A stretch of 64,000 bases of DNA from Oikopleura dioica (taxonomy: Eukaryota; Animalia; Chordata). Location: assembly GCA_907165135.1 (NCBI GenBank), contig OU015566.1, positions 13,516,001-13,580,000 on the forward strand. The letters run 5' to 3'. Position numbers and translations under genes: made by a program. The notes beneath the pieces are model-generated. The model did no database searches. It saw only the letters and a program-made list of their open reading frames with translations, and was not told the DNA's origin. Below are positions 51,377 to 64,000 of the stretch, one piece after another (position 1 is the first letter of the stretch; each line of letters begins with the position of its first letter).

Positions 51377-51911
51377 ACGATCACTATCTCCAACTTTATC
51401 CCTTGTTTCTGATAACGAAGTGACGCTTTCATCCCCTTAGTTTTCTCGTGACGCAAAGGTCAGCCCTGAAACAACCCCGAAACATGAGTTCATTTCACAG
51501 AAAAATTTCTTCACCGAAAATCTTGCCAACTAGTTTGTTTACGGCGTTGGCCACTGTGAGATTCTTGAGAGCTCACTAAGAGCGAACTAATGAACGAATA
51601 GAACGACCTTGGAATCTGTCAACATGTGGTTAGAACATTAGCCCGTTAAATTTGCGAGGCGGCGAATGCACGTTGTAGAAAATTGCTTTCCACGATTTTG
51701 AAAATGAGAAAAATGATCCTTTTTTTAACGATTTTAAGAAAAAAAATTATTCATAAGAAAAAATTAGCTAAAGCAGCATTTTTTGCAGTATCTTTGTTTG
51801 ATCTGAGATTTTTTGGTTATTTAAGGGTGTACCCAACCCTTTGGCACTGGAATTTATCGACCTTGGAGGCTAACAATCGTTTATATAAAACAATTATTAA
51901 GAAACCGGCGT

Positions 51912-51983
51912 GGGGATATAGCTCAGTGGTAGAGCATTCGACTGCAGATCGAGAGGTCCCCGGTTCAAACCCGGGTGTCCCCT
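51912..51983 (+). tRNA. trnC: tRNA-Cys (GCA)
   Basis: GGGGATA acceptor stem, AGCTCAGTGGTAGAGC D arm, anticodon loop CTGCAGA, GGTTCAAACC T arm, U discriminator and a downstream T run. Confidence 0.97.
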
Positions 51984-52358
51984 TATTTTTCGATTCTAGC
52001 GCTTAAATTTTCCCAAGAATCCAGCAGATATCGCTTCTTTTTCATGTGAAGAGACTATTTAATGTTTCTTTTGTACAAAAAGCAAGTTTTAATTAAAGAA
52101 TAGGAAGTAAAAGACCGCGGAAAAAAACGATTACTTACTCTCCTTGTTTTTGCATAAATACGTCTGCGACTCAGGAGTGGTCCAGCTCAATTCCTGAAAT
52201 AGAAATTTGGCTATTTTGAGATAGAAGAAAATCACGTTGAAATAGACTTCCAAAAACAGCAAAACTGATGATAGACACTTTTTCCAGACAAAAATAAAAC
52301 GCTTTTTTTTTGCTCGAAAAAATAATTTATTGGGCGATTATAAATTATTGACAATAAT

Positions 52359-54099
52359 CTATTGTGAAGACTGATCGCAAACATAATACTTAGCAAAAGA
52401 AAAGAGTGCTCCTTCCTTCTTCAATTTCGAACAACACTCTTCGTTGATTTCACTGCATAAATTCAGGTGAAGAACAAGAGATTCCATGAACGGTTTGAAG
52501 TAGGAGGTCCAAATGGCTGTATCTTTTGGATATTCTTCCCGCACATCGATTTTTCGCGAAGTTCCTTTTGTGTCTTTCAGACATCTAAAAAGTAAATGAA
52601 TCTATCTTTTCTTCGTTGATGAATCTACTTTTTTGCAGGTTTGATCAAACATGGGAAGCCCTTTTCAGCATCAATTTCAAGTTCAAATCCTTCTTTTTCA
52701 AGCCCAAGAAAGTCCAAAATTTGCCCATAGCCCTCATTCGGATCTTTAATCGCCAGTTCTCCATCCAATATCAATACGTTTTCCTCCCCCAGAATTTCTT
52801 GAAAGGGGGAGATGACGTCGACGAATTCAACTTTTGCCCGAGCTTCATTCGATTCTTCTTCGACCGCGACGGTGAATTCGTCGATTTGACTTTGCATCTC
52901 CATTTTTTTGTTATTTCGAACATGCATGCTTAAAATTTTCTGTTGTTCCAGGGAAAAATTGATATTAGCCAACCCTTACCAAGAGTCTGAAGAGCCAAAA
53001 TGAAAAGCCAATATTTTCAAATCGATAAGAATGATTGTGTTGCGAAGCCGCCTTGCGGCTTCGTTTTTAAAAAAACCGCTACGCGGCTTTTCATTTTTGC
53101 ACTTCGGAAGCCGAATCAGTTTTTCACGCCTTGCTTGGATTGGCGATCAAATTTCTAAGCGACAATCATGGAGAAATCCTAACCCTTACGTTTGAGGCTC
53201 ACCTGATGCCCGAGAACGCTCTCTTGATCGGATCGCACAACACAACAATGACCTTGATCTTTGGGTTTAGCGCTTTCATTGCATGAATTTCCATCCTTCT
53301 TCTTCCCATAACTGTTATTTGGTTGTCTTCTTTGGAGCTAGACATTGCATACTGTGGAGAAGTTTCGATCAAGATTTCATCATCTGCTGCTTTTTTCATG
53401 GTTTTTAAAGAGGGTAAAATGGAGAAAACTGGCGCTAGAAAAGAACCGTTTCCTGGTCTGAGGTCCAGTAAATAGCTTTGTTTCAGCGCATTGAACTTGT
53501 ATTCGTTAAGTTTGTGCTGCGCGGTGTTTTCTGTAGTGTTCTTGCTGTATTCTAGGATTTTCTGCGCGTTCGAAGGATTGCTAAAGAATCGCAGCTCTCC
53601 GTGGGTGTAAACAACTTAAATTTTTATTTGAGAAAGAACTGGTTTGTGCTCCTTACTTTGAGGATGGCAGCCAAGAAAACTCAACGACCCCGTGCCACAT
53701 TTCGCCATGCCGATTCCGAGAACATCTGGAAACCGCGACTTCTGTGTTTTGTTTGAACTTCTGATGGTGAAAGGACAACTTGAATGTTTTACTCCCGCTT
53801 CGGATTGGAAATTTTCTTTGACGTTTTTTCGGAATTTTTCAGGAACATTACTTTTTTATCGTCAAAAATTGCATCATAAATATTTTCTTTCAATCTTTTG
53901 ACATTTTCCTGATTATATATTCGTACGGATTCTTTTCAAAAACCCATTTCTCTTCTAGTGGCTCATCGATTTCAATAAATTCTTGCGTCAAATCAAAACT
54001 GAGCTCTTTCGTAAACGACTGTAAGAAGAAAAGAAAAATGAAACAAAGAGGAAGAATTAACTGTAACGATCTAGTGGAAACTGCATTTTCTTTTTCCAT
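52359..54099 (-). CDS. Heparan sulfate 3-O-sulfotransferase-like (Sulfotransfer_1) type II membrane protein, multi-exon
   Basis: TM anchor in 53890-54099; GIGMAKCGTGSL (5'-PSB), ETSPQY, VLCDPIKRAFS (3'-PB), LILDG and KGFPCL. Confidence 0.75.
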
Positions 54100-54653
54100 T
54101 TTCTCTTTTGTTGTTATCGTAATCGGGAGTTACCATGAGAATTCTCATTTGCAGCGCACTAGAACGAAGCGCCCTCGGGTAATTTCACTGTGCCACTAAG
54201 GTTTAGTGCCGTTTATTTATATTCAATCGAAAGAAATCATTTTATACACAAAAATTTTCAGAAACTCTCATGATAACAGGAATGTCACTTTCCACATCAG
54301 AAGCAATTGTTCCGATGATTTGTGCTCTGATAAATTGATCTTCATCATCAAGGTCAACTCGCTGAATGGTACTTGACGTGCCAGGAAATATGAAAATTGA
54401 ATTGTTGATCCTTTTTGCAGTTCCGTAATAATTAGTCTAAGTGAAAAATTATTATAAATAGAGAACGCTGATTCTAACATTTTGAAGGTTTCCGAGTTCT
54501 GTCCAGCTATTATTTTTCAGCAGCCATATCCATTTTTGCTGCGTTTCTCCACTCACACCACCCGCGAGCAAAAGATTTCCACTTGACAGACCGATCAAAA
54601 AATGATGCCTCGTGTAACTTCAATAGAACTTAGAAATTAAACTGCCTTATTCA

Positions 54654-55236
54654 TTACTGAGGAAAATCAGTCAGAGAAGACCATCCTGAAGAACTAAAGG
54701 TCTCAACTTTAGTCGCTCCATTGTTCATCCATCCACCAACTGTTGTTGGTTGCCCTTTATAGAACGCAAGGCCCCCTGAGGGATGACGATAGGTTGTGCT
54801 GTGGGCGGCAACAGAAGCTGTCCCATCGAAAATTTCACAACTAATCCAGTTGTCCGGAAAGCAAATCAGAGCTTTGGCTCCGTTGTTGATCGAAATCGCA
54901 GCTGAATCTTTTTCCATAGGTTTTATCAATCGCATCGACTGATTTTTCCATTCACACCCCTCCAACCTAGCAATCTTGAAAAAGCTTCATTATTTTGCAA
55001 TTATCATAAACGAACACCTTTTGCGGATCTGATTCTCCACCAAAGATGTACAGCATGTCCTTGATGATCGCATGAGGAGCAAATTTTGTAAAGACATCGG
55101 AAGGTGCTGTCACGGAAACTGCTGTTTGAGTTGAGTCGTCAACAGAAAATTTGTATGATTCGCTCAAACTTTCGCCCATCACCAAGAAATGCTTAAATTC
55201 ATCATTTGTCTTAGAGCTCTTGGTAATGCAAGACAT
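54654..55236 (-). CDS. Kelch/beta-propeller-like exons of a larger multi-exon gene (probably extending to about 56560)
   Basis: MLYIFGGESD, ALICF..CEIFDG, GLAFYKGQPTTVGG and VETFSSSGWSSLTDFP. Confidence 0.55.
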
Positions 55237-56675
55237 ACCTGCGGCAAAAGATTAAACAGATACTCGTTGCCTTGATTTTTAGAACAATCAGTGGTTCCAG
55301 TGCAAAAGATACTGTCGTTTGGATCGCATAGAGTCACATGAATCTACTTATTTAATTTAAAAATAATATGGTTTTTGAGCTAAAGACCGTCAAAAAGAAG
55401 GACTTTGCATTGTTAAAAGTGAACGGCTTCCAATAAAAGGATCGCCCATGACTTTCAACGAGATCATCTTGAAAGAGAGCACACCCGTCATCCACGAGTT
55501 TTATTGTTTTTTCGCCCGCTTTAGCACTAGATATACGTATTTTTATAGGCTATAATAATGATTTGAAGCATTATAAAAACCATCTTACCCGGTCCAGATT
55601 TGATTTATTCTGAAATCTGAAAACTTGTTGCTTGGGTAATCAATCAACAGTTTCAATCCAAGCATTGGCTCTTTATTGCAGTCGTAGCTGTTCGATTTGT
55701 AAGAAGATTCGACACAAATTGATGGTGCAGGAATATTGTCAACGTCAAGTGCAAGATTTTGGGCGATATTGATTGCCGCAGCTGAGTTTATTTGCTAGTT
55801 TTTAGGTCAGAAGAAAGGAAACTGTTAACGATTTTACCATGCTTATTTTCGTACTAGTTGAGCTTTCATACTCGCATTGAAGATCAAAGGGAGAATCAAT
55901 TGTCATGTTTCCATTAAGCTATAATTAAAATCAAAATCGTTATGAATCATAAGTTACGAGATATGATACAATCATTTTACATTATATTTTTCTTGGACGA
56001 TTCCATTCAATTCAAATTTGATTTTCTCCATGTCTGCTGGGTCAGGATAGGATGTTTTCACATCACAGTCAGAAAACAGCACTATAATTGCATATTTCTT
56101 GTCTGAAACATGGGTGAACCTTCAAAAGGGGACGAGCTTTGATTTCTAGCGCCGAAATTGCAATCTGAAGAGTTGCTTCGATCATTGCCGAGATAGATCG
56201 TCTCGGTCCAATCATCGCCTCTATTCCAGTGCTTCATCAAAGTTACTAACCCTGTTCGTTTACAATTTTCCGCCGATTTGAAAACTTAGTTCCTGATCAA
56301 AGCAAGTCTGGTTGATGGATATGATAAATTTATGTTTCGAACAGTCGACATTCACGAATTCGTCCCTGTCACATGCCCGACCAAAACATAAGAATGAGAA
56401 TAGAATGAATAGAACCTAAGTTATCATAATCTTCCGCAGAAATAAATAATAAGAGAACATCTCTAAATTCGATGGATCTCACCAAAATAAAGTTTCTTTC
56501 TTCCATTTGACTTATTCTCTTGGAACTGGAAAGCAAAGCAATCAATTCTGATTGTTCGTTAAATTGAGCATAACTCGTAAATTTAACGAGAAGTTGTGAA
56601 ATATTTTACCTGAGAAAGAGTTTTCGGATTATTTTTTAGCAATTTATTGAATAAATAGAAGAGCAAAAATCTCAT

Positions 56676-58700
56676 GCAGCTATATTCTCGGCTTCTTCGA
56701 TCGGATCAACATCTTTGGAAGGCCGTACTTTGACGCTTTTTGATCGGGATGGCAATGAGGTGAACATTTTCGAGATTTTTGAGACTTTCAGATCGCCAGT
56801 CGTCATTCGTCGTCCGACAAATGCCTTTTCCGAGTTTCTTACCTATGAACGCCAATAAATTGTTATAGATGCGCCGATTGGTTAATAATGAAAGAACGAT
56901 TCCTTTAGAGATCCTCTGGAAGACTTTTCTTCATCCTTTTCTTTCTCTTCTCCAGGGTCCGATAATTTGAGCTCACGCTAAAACTCCACGAAACAAAGCT
57001 TGAGAACTCAGTTTTTAAATTGGAGTTTTGAGAAACTCATAGATGAGAGCTCGCGTGAGAAATCAAATTTTGTGGTGGCGCTCGCGATCCACGAGCCAGT
57101 CAAGGCGGGGTAGACGATTTTTGTAAGTGCGCAGCCTTACGCAACGCGCCTACGATCCGCTGTGGCTGCGCCGACTCGCCGCCGGGCCAACCGGCGGGCC
57201 AATCAGCGCGCTCGCTCAAATGGAGTTTTTGAAAACTCATGAGATTTCCCTGCTCTCAAGCAAAATCTCAGATTTTCTCCAAATGATTTCTCAAGTCACA
57301 CTGAGTTCTCAATTTGAGAAAATTTGAGCGTCTAGCCGAAATGAGTTTTAGCGTGAGCTCAAATTATCGGACCCTGCTCTTCTCCAATTGGAAGACCCGT
57401 TTTCTCAGCAATTCTGGCCACAATATCTGCTTGTGGTTCATAAATGCAGCCCTAAACCCTAGCTGCATGATTAAACCATTTCCTTGGCTGTCTTCCGAGT
57501 AGATCAAGATACAATTAGGTGGCATTTCGGGAATGACCGCAATAATGCCCAAGAGGTGATCAGGGCTTTCGAGGCTCTCGTCCATGTGAATGTAAGTAAT
57601 GCTCGGATAAGGCAGCAAGGCAAGGTCTTGGTCGACTGTACAAATCAGCAGCGCGTCTAAAAAGGGATCAAACTGTATAATCTCGAACTTGCTATCCGCT
57701 GTAGCTACCTTCGCGGAGAACTAATCTGGCTTCCATCTTTGCTCCTTCTCGTTTCAAGCTTCCAACTGCCATCGAAGCAATTTGTTTACCACGGGAGAAG
57801 TTGACCCGCTGCGAGCCCATGTAGTCGCAATTGTAAGCTAAAAAAGGTTAACCCGAAAGCATTTTTTCCATTTTTAGTTGACAAGAGCTTCAGGAAGCCT
57901 CAAAAGAAAAGCTCCCTCTTGAAATCAAGGAAGAGTACCTGCCGATTTCCTCACAACAACGCTGCATTCTGGCGCTTGATTAATCAAAATATGATGCGCT
58001 TCTGCAATCAGCTCCTTTGCTGGACCCATGTAGATGTCCACATGTGACCAGGCCCCCGCCTTGTTGAAGCTAAACAAGAGTTCATTATCATTCATTTATT
58101 GGCAGTATGGAAAACGCATCAGTCTTAATTCGTTGACCCTTTTACTTACTTATAATTAACTTGCTCTTTACCATATGTCCAAATGAGCCCGCGCCTAATC
58201 AAGGGATACAGATGCCATAAATTAGAAAAGCCTGTAATAAGGAAAAAACAGAGAAGAACTATGACAAATTAACTTTGAATCATGAACTTGAATATTGAAA
58301 ATTGGAACTGAGTTTAATTAGGAGTCAATTTAGCCTTTTGAATGACAACCTGTTTTTTAGTAGAAATAAACTGTCAATTTGGCCATTTTTGGGACAGCTA
58401 AGAGCGAAAGGGTTAATTTTTAATCTCTGAAAATTAAGTTTTGCGTCATGTGACTTATTTCAATCCCGTTTAGTAACCCGTTTTATGACCCCTTCTCGTC
58501 TCATTTCCCGAAAAGAGCAGATTTAAAATCAAACGGGAGGATACTGTAATCAACAGATCGCTTCTTATACCGTGCGCATTCAATATCCCTGTATAATGCC
58601 CAATATCTCGCCATTTAGAACAACATTATCCATGTTGAAAATTAAATCAACAGGGCCCGCTTCATTCGCTCCTGACGTGTTGATTGTAACACCCGCAGCA
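56676..58700 (-). CDS. Uncharacterised multi-exon gene interrupted by a hAT-like MITE
   Basis: Series of short open exons with GT/AG borders on the minus strand, including ORF 57364-57618; exact model not resolved. Confidence 0.35.
56953..57376. mobile_element. hAT-like MITE, 424 bp, 8-bp TSD CTCTTCTC
   Basis: CTCTTCTC|CAGGGTCCGATAATTTGAGCTCACGCTAAAACTC ... GAGTTTTAGCGTGAGCTCAAATTATCGGACCCTG|CTCTTCTC. Confidence 0.9.
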
Positions 58701-61076
58701 ATTCTGAAATTAAATGAAGAATAGGACAAACAAAATGAATTGAATTATAAATGAGCGGTCCACCTTACCGTCGAACAATATCTACTTGAGGATCGAGAAT
58801 GCTTCACAAATCAACAATTACTGTAATCGAGCGCGAAGCATATGATTTTTAATCGAAAATTAATAAGACTTGTTTCTGCGTTATTATTATTATTGATGCA
58901 AATCTCGGTCCAACTGGCAACTTGTGGTCTGAAAATATGTCTGTATAAAAACAGACATCCCACACTGTATTTCAAATTTTGTTAAAAATAACCCCTTTAT
59001 GATGAAGTTAATAAAGAAACCAAAAAGTGATGGATAGCAGATGGAGATTTACATGAGTTCAGCGCGACCTTTTTAACATGACATGATACTGTCTATATAT
59101 GCTAATAGAGTAGGTAATAGTCTTCCACCGGCGCGATTGTATGTGAAAACATGAGTCGATCCTCCAATCCTGAATTTGTCCTGCAGCAGCGGTCGGAATT
59201 GAGCCTATGTGACCTTTCTTTGTAGCTCCCAATTTTCATCAGCATAAAACGCGTCCCCTTATTCCCAGGATCCTCTTGAATGACCTTCTCTTCGGTCGTT
59301 TCTTAACCCCACTTAGGAAAATTGAAACTACAACATCAAACTCAAACCTGTCCGGCAGAAAACAAGCAAATCATATCTTCCGTCTATCACTAGAATGCCG
59401 AGATTCGTACGAATCCAACAAATTGCTTTGTCATTTGAAATCAACGGGCAACTTTGAAGCGATTGTTTAGATTTTCAATGAGTTAACCCATCCGCGCACC
59501 AATGCAAAAAACGTGTTTTTGGGCAATAAAGCCGCATGCGGCTTATTTCAGATTTTCGAGAATAATCAAAGTTAAAAAGACAATGTTCCTCGAAAATGGG
59601 TTCTAAAATGGCCAGTATGCGCGTATGGGTTAAAAATGTGGCCCAAAAAGATCGTTCTCACAATTTCTCTTTCCATGAAAAACAAATTGACCCCTCTTCT
59701 GACAGCTCGAGATCTGCCACTTCTCTAACTGTCACATCTTCTATCTTTTTACAGCCGGTTTCCTTTTTCGAACACAGCCGAAGCATATTTTCGATTCCAT
59801 ATGTAGTGTTTTTAAGCTCTCTTGTAGCCTTATTAAGCTCCCTCCTTATTTCTCTATATATTCATTCTTTCTTCATTTGGACCCATCAAAATTGAAAATT
59901 GCATTGTGGACAGGTAGTGCCATTGGCGTCTTGTGCCTTAATCCGCTCTCCTGCGCCTCGGGCACGGTCACTGCTTTTCATTAAAAACAGTAACATTCTT
60001 GGTCAGTTGGAATATTTCCTCTGAACTTGGATTAAGATTGATAGATGCATATGGATTTTTGCTCGCCGACTTCTTGAATAATTTACTTTCTGATCGCCAG
60101 AGAGTATTTCAGACTATTGATGAAGCTTCAATATTGTTCCAATAAAAACAGTCGAGGGATCAATTTGGGTTTTCATGCCAAAAATCAAGACAAATGAAGC
60201 GCTGAAAATTGAGTTTACGGAATGACTGAAGAAATGACTAGACGAAAAGATTCTCCAGATGACAGACGGTGGAGAATGAAGCCGGAAATCTTGAAGCTCT
60301 TGAACGGGACTCGAGATCTTCCAAAGCCAAAATGCTGACAGTAATACAAATTCAACAACCTATTTAGACTAGATTATCCAATTTTCATCAACGAGAAATG
60401 AAGATTTTCAGACTTTTCCTACTGCTGTTTGATTCTAGCGCTCTTGGAAAGATTGTCACGTGGAAGGGAGAGAACTCAATGCCTGATGGACGACAGGGTC
60501 GGAGATTCACAGAGATATTGGTTGTTTTTTGTTGAATCCAGAAGAGGGCGAATTTTAATGAGTGGGATTGGGAGTCAAAAGGAGGGATTTCCAATTTCAA
60601 ATATTTTCGATGATGACTTATGGAGCGCTTGGAGAGCTGATGATCTCGTTTCTGCGTCGACTTTTCTTTATGTGATGCGATTTCCGCAGCCGATTCTGTT
60701 TGAAAGTCTTACAGTCAGGGGCGAATTTCTTTTTTATTTGATTGTTTTCTTTCTTTCTTGTTGTGGAATTTGCTGGGAAGTTTCGATGATCATGTGCGAC
60801 TGTGCGCAGTTTGACGTACCCATCTGTCTCGATCTTGACTCAGGAAGGGGATCAGACTTACTTTTCTTCGATAAATGATTTAAAGATTCTCCATTGAGAG
60901 CCTTTTCAATGCACAACAAATGGATGTCCTGTTGACTTTTTGAATGCATTTGAAAACGGCGAGGAGTTGATCAGAAATGTCACCTTCCAAGGAATCGGCT
61001 TCCGGATCATTTTCGTCCTCAAAAGAGGGGATTTGAGAGCTGAGATGTAGTTCCAGTTCAACGAAGGCCAGCTCGG

Positions 61077-61590
61077 TTGTTTCGGCTTCGATGGGTCAAT
61101 AGAAGGGATGCGCAGAAGATAGCAGTTACTGACTTGAGTGTAAGATACTGTGATGGAAGTTGCGCGCCGCCACCGACAACAACGACCACAACAACGACGA
61201 CAACGACGACTACCACGACTTCAACAACTACAACATCCACAACGACTAAGAGACGAAGGCGGCCACAACGGTTTTCCATCTTCAAATGTTACTTTACTAA
61301 ATTCCTTCAGGCCTCAGCGACCAGTTCGCCCTCAACGGCCAAATCGCCCGTTTCGGCCGCAGCGACCCGAGTTCGACCTTCGGCCTCAATCTCGTCCTCT
61401 CCTCTCAGCTGGAAATTCTAATAATCCAGCTTACTTTGACAGGTACAGAAAGCCCTTCTTCGCTCATAGCGGCGATGGAGCAAATTTCGTCGCTGCGTCT
61501 ACTGTAATTGTTTGTTGTAGCAGTACTCGGAGCCTGATGAAAGACGCCTATTGGACTCTCTGTCTTACTTTCTGTTTGTTTTTGTGTTGA
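61077..61590 (+). CDS. 3' exons of a Thr-rich, PQRP-repeat surface protein with a hydrophobic C-terminus (possibly GPI-anchored)
   Basis: Poly-Thr tract, PQRP repeats and terminal hydrophobic stretch; 5' part not modelled. Confidence 0.4.
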
Positions 61591-61706
61591 AATGTGAAAA
61601 AGTCACAATAAATAACTGGCACACCCAAATAAATGACTGTCCCTTTTATCCGTATAAAACTCCGGTTCTTCGAGAATAACAGTATACAAAAGAAAAAACG
61701 AAGAAA

Positions 61707-62227
61707 ATGAAACTGATCAACTCACTTTTTGCCCTCTTTGCCCTTGCTGCTGGCTACAATCTTCGACCAAGAAATGGACAGTAAGTTTTTTTTTCGCTGT
61801 CTTTTTTCTAATACAATATTCTTCAGAGTTCGTTACCAGGAAGATGCCCTTGAAGTTGACGATCACGGAAACCCAATTTTGAGAGATTACGACTCTGCTT
61901 TCGCTCCAGGTAGGATTGAAAGGCCGTGACATTGGAACTTCACCCGCGATTCCATTTGGAAGCTTCTAAGCTCAACTTATTGCTCTTTAGGTGCGACTAC
62001 TGGTGAAGAGCACGACCCCAATTGGGTGCCAACAATGGATGATGTGGAACAGCTCATCTACGATCAGCAAGTCTCTGCTGAAGAATCTGAAGATTTTGAA
62101 GCTTCTGAGGAGATTCGTAAGTTCAACCGTTGAGTACACACTAGCTATATTTATCTCTGTAGAAGCTCCAGACAGCCGGGACTGGGAACCAGCTGCTGGC
62201 GATATCTTCATCCATGTCCGAGACTAA
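61707..62227 (+). CDS. Small acidic secreted protein, four exons
   Basis: TATAAAA at 61653, signal MKLINSLFALFALAAG, three GT-AG introns in frame, ends ...DIFIHVRD. Confidence 0.75.
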
Positions 62228-62505
62228 CTGCAGAGCTGAATGTCAATCCAACTTCACAATTGTGCCCGACTAATTTCTTTCAACCGCTTTGATTTTGATG
62301 AATAAACTTCAACTTACAACGACCCCTTATTGACGAGTTTTAGACTTAATTCTTTGAATTCCAAAGATCAGACTTGAGCTCTGCATTTTTGTTTATTTTT
62401 TGTTGTTTTTAACAAACACTGCAGTATGAACTCCCTATAAAACCGGCGCACCTCGACGCTCTGAAGTACTCTTAAGAACTTTCAAAAAGAGCCGTCCAAC
62501 CAAAA

Positions 62506-62721
62506 ATGAAATTGATCAACTCCATTTTCATGCTTTTCGCCATTGCAACTGGCTATCGACTCGTCCAAGAGGAGCAGTGAGTTGAGATCACCAAATCCAG
62601 ATAATACGTTTCGTTTTTTAGGAGCGAATCAGTCGAAATAGTTCAATCGTCGATCTCAGAATATTCCATCCAGGAGTCGGAGGTCTCTGAAGTCGTCTCC
62701 GAGGAGGTTTACTACGGATAA
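62506..62721 (+). CDS. Small secreted Ser/Glu-rich peptide (about 57 aa), two exons, signal exon paralogous to 61707
   Basis: TATAAAA at 62436, signal MKLINSIFMLFAIATG, intron in the same phase, ends ...SEEVYYG. Confidence 0.75.
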
Positions 62722-63143
62722 AAGCTCCATTCTTCGACAACAGTGATTCCTGACATCAATTCTTTCACTTTTGTGAATTCTTATTTACTCAAATAAAAAA
62801 CAAAAAAAAACCTTGAATGATACAGACCTCGAGTTTCATACGGCCTTGTTGAAGCAAAGCACGATCTGATCCTCCTGCATAATTCCAAAAATCAGATTAT
62901 TAAATCTATTTAATATAATCTCTACTCCGTTATTTTCACAAACTACAAAATATAATTTGCAGCGGTGTTTCCATATTTCAATCAAGAGTTTTATTTTGAG
63001 GAAAGCACTGTTTTGTGAAGCGCCACGAGCTATTAACCTCTTGGTGAAAGTGCACCGCCACCTAGCTGCGTTCGCTCTAGCCAGGCGAAAAATAAATAAC
63101 GGAAGCAATTGAGAGTTTATCAGAATATCTGAAAAATCCGAAA

Positions 63144-64000
63144 ATGAAGGTTTTTATTCTTAGAGATCCTAGAAAATAATAGAGATTTATTTTTAGCTCT
63201 TCTCCTTAATTGCCTTCGCAGCAGCCTCTGAATCTGAATACACCACTGAAACGACTACAACGGAAGAATGGACCACTGGAACTACTCCTCAGACTCCAGG
63301 GATCTAAATTTTTGCCGAAAATCAATTGCGATTGCGATGCGATTGCGACGCAAAATGGTCCGGAAATTGCGATGCGATTGCGATTTTTTTCGCAAATTGC
63401 GAATTTTTCGCGAATTGCGATTTTGTCGCCATTTGCGAAATTTTAGCGTAAAAAGTAATTTTTCAAAGGATTTAAGACTATTTTTTGAGGTCAGGCTTAC
63501 AATTAAGCCTTTAGAACACAGAAAATAGGCTCTGAGTCAAAGAAAACCCGTGTCAGAATAACGAAGGAGCATTTTGACAAGACCGAAATTCGCAAAAAAT
63601 CGCAATTTGCGAATTATTGACGAAAATTGAGTTGCGATTGCGATGCGATTCGATCAAAAAATAATTTGCGATTGCGAATTTTCTGCGAAATTTCGCATCG
63701 CAATCGCAAAATATTCGCAAATTGCGATTTTCGCGAAAAAATTTAAATCCCTGTCAGACTCCTCACTTCACTACTGAGACCACTAGTGTTTGGTCAACTC
63801 AACAGTACACCGATTGCGGCGGCTACATCACTGAGCTCCAAACGTTTTCGTCTCCAGGCGGATTTGGTGGAGAATTCATCTATCCCAATCACGCTCATTG
63901 TGTCTGGACCATCAACATTCGAGGAGTTCCCGGTTTCATCATCAGCGCCAATCGATTCGCCGTCGAACAGGCCTATCGATGCCAATGGGACCACGTCAAG
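63144..64000 (+). CDS. Secreted CUB-domain protein (runs off the window), exon 2 interrupted by a MITE
   Basis: MK|LFSLIAFAAA signal, Thr-rich linker, DCGGYI..SP..YPNHAHCVWTI..FAVE..CQWDHV (CUB pattern). Confidence 0.75.
63297..63753. mobile_element. hAT-like MITE, 457 bp, 8-bp TSD TCAGACTC
   Basis: TCAGACTC|CAGGGATCTAAATTTTTG ... AAAAATTTAAATCCCTG|TCAGACTC; arms rich in TTGCGA/TCGCAA. Confidence 0.9.

Noticed and set aside
57800-57840. YNCDYMGSQRV resembling nicastrin or M28 peptidase motifs
   Set aside because: A single short motif in an unresolved gene model is not enough to assign a family.

Overview
This is eukaryotic genomic DNA from a very compact genome. Introns are mostly about 40-90 nt, GA-AG and GC-AG introns occur, and MITEs are dense, so it is most likely a larvacean tunicate such as Oikopleura dioica (inferred, not proven). 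Host genes include two tandem CHST-type sulfotransferases, a class I cytokine receptor-like gene, a complete alpha-tubulin, a TSP3-repeat protein, Cys-rich/kelch-like proteins, a mucin, an HS3ST-like sulfotransferase, tRNA-Cys, two small secreted proteins and a CUB protein. The standout is a ~13.5-kb Ty3/gypsy-type LTR element at 32731-46273 on the minus strand, with 397-bp LTRs that read as identical and an intact 1966-aa Gag-PR-RT-RH-IN ORF. In place of a simple env it carries a 6.7-kb cassette of at least five intron-containing accessory genes on both strands: an RG-tailed protein, a RING-finger protein, a two-TM protein with a polybasic site, and two orphans. The whole element carries at least 47 copies of the palindrome CACGTG (about 3 expected). 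Two hAT-like MITEs with perfect 8-bp TSDs sit inside predicted coding exons and have in-frame splice solutions, making them introner-like. All gene models and counts were made by hand from the sequence.
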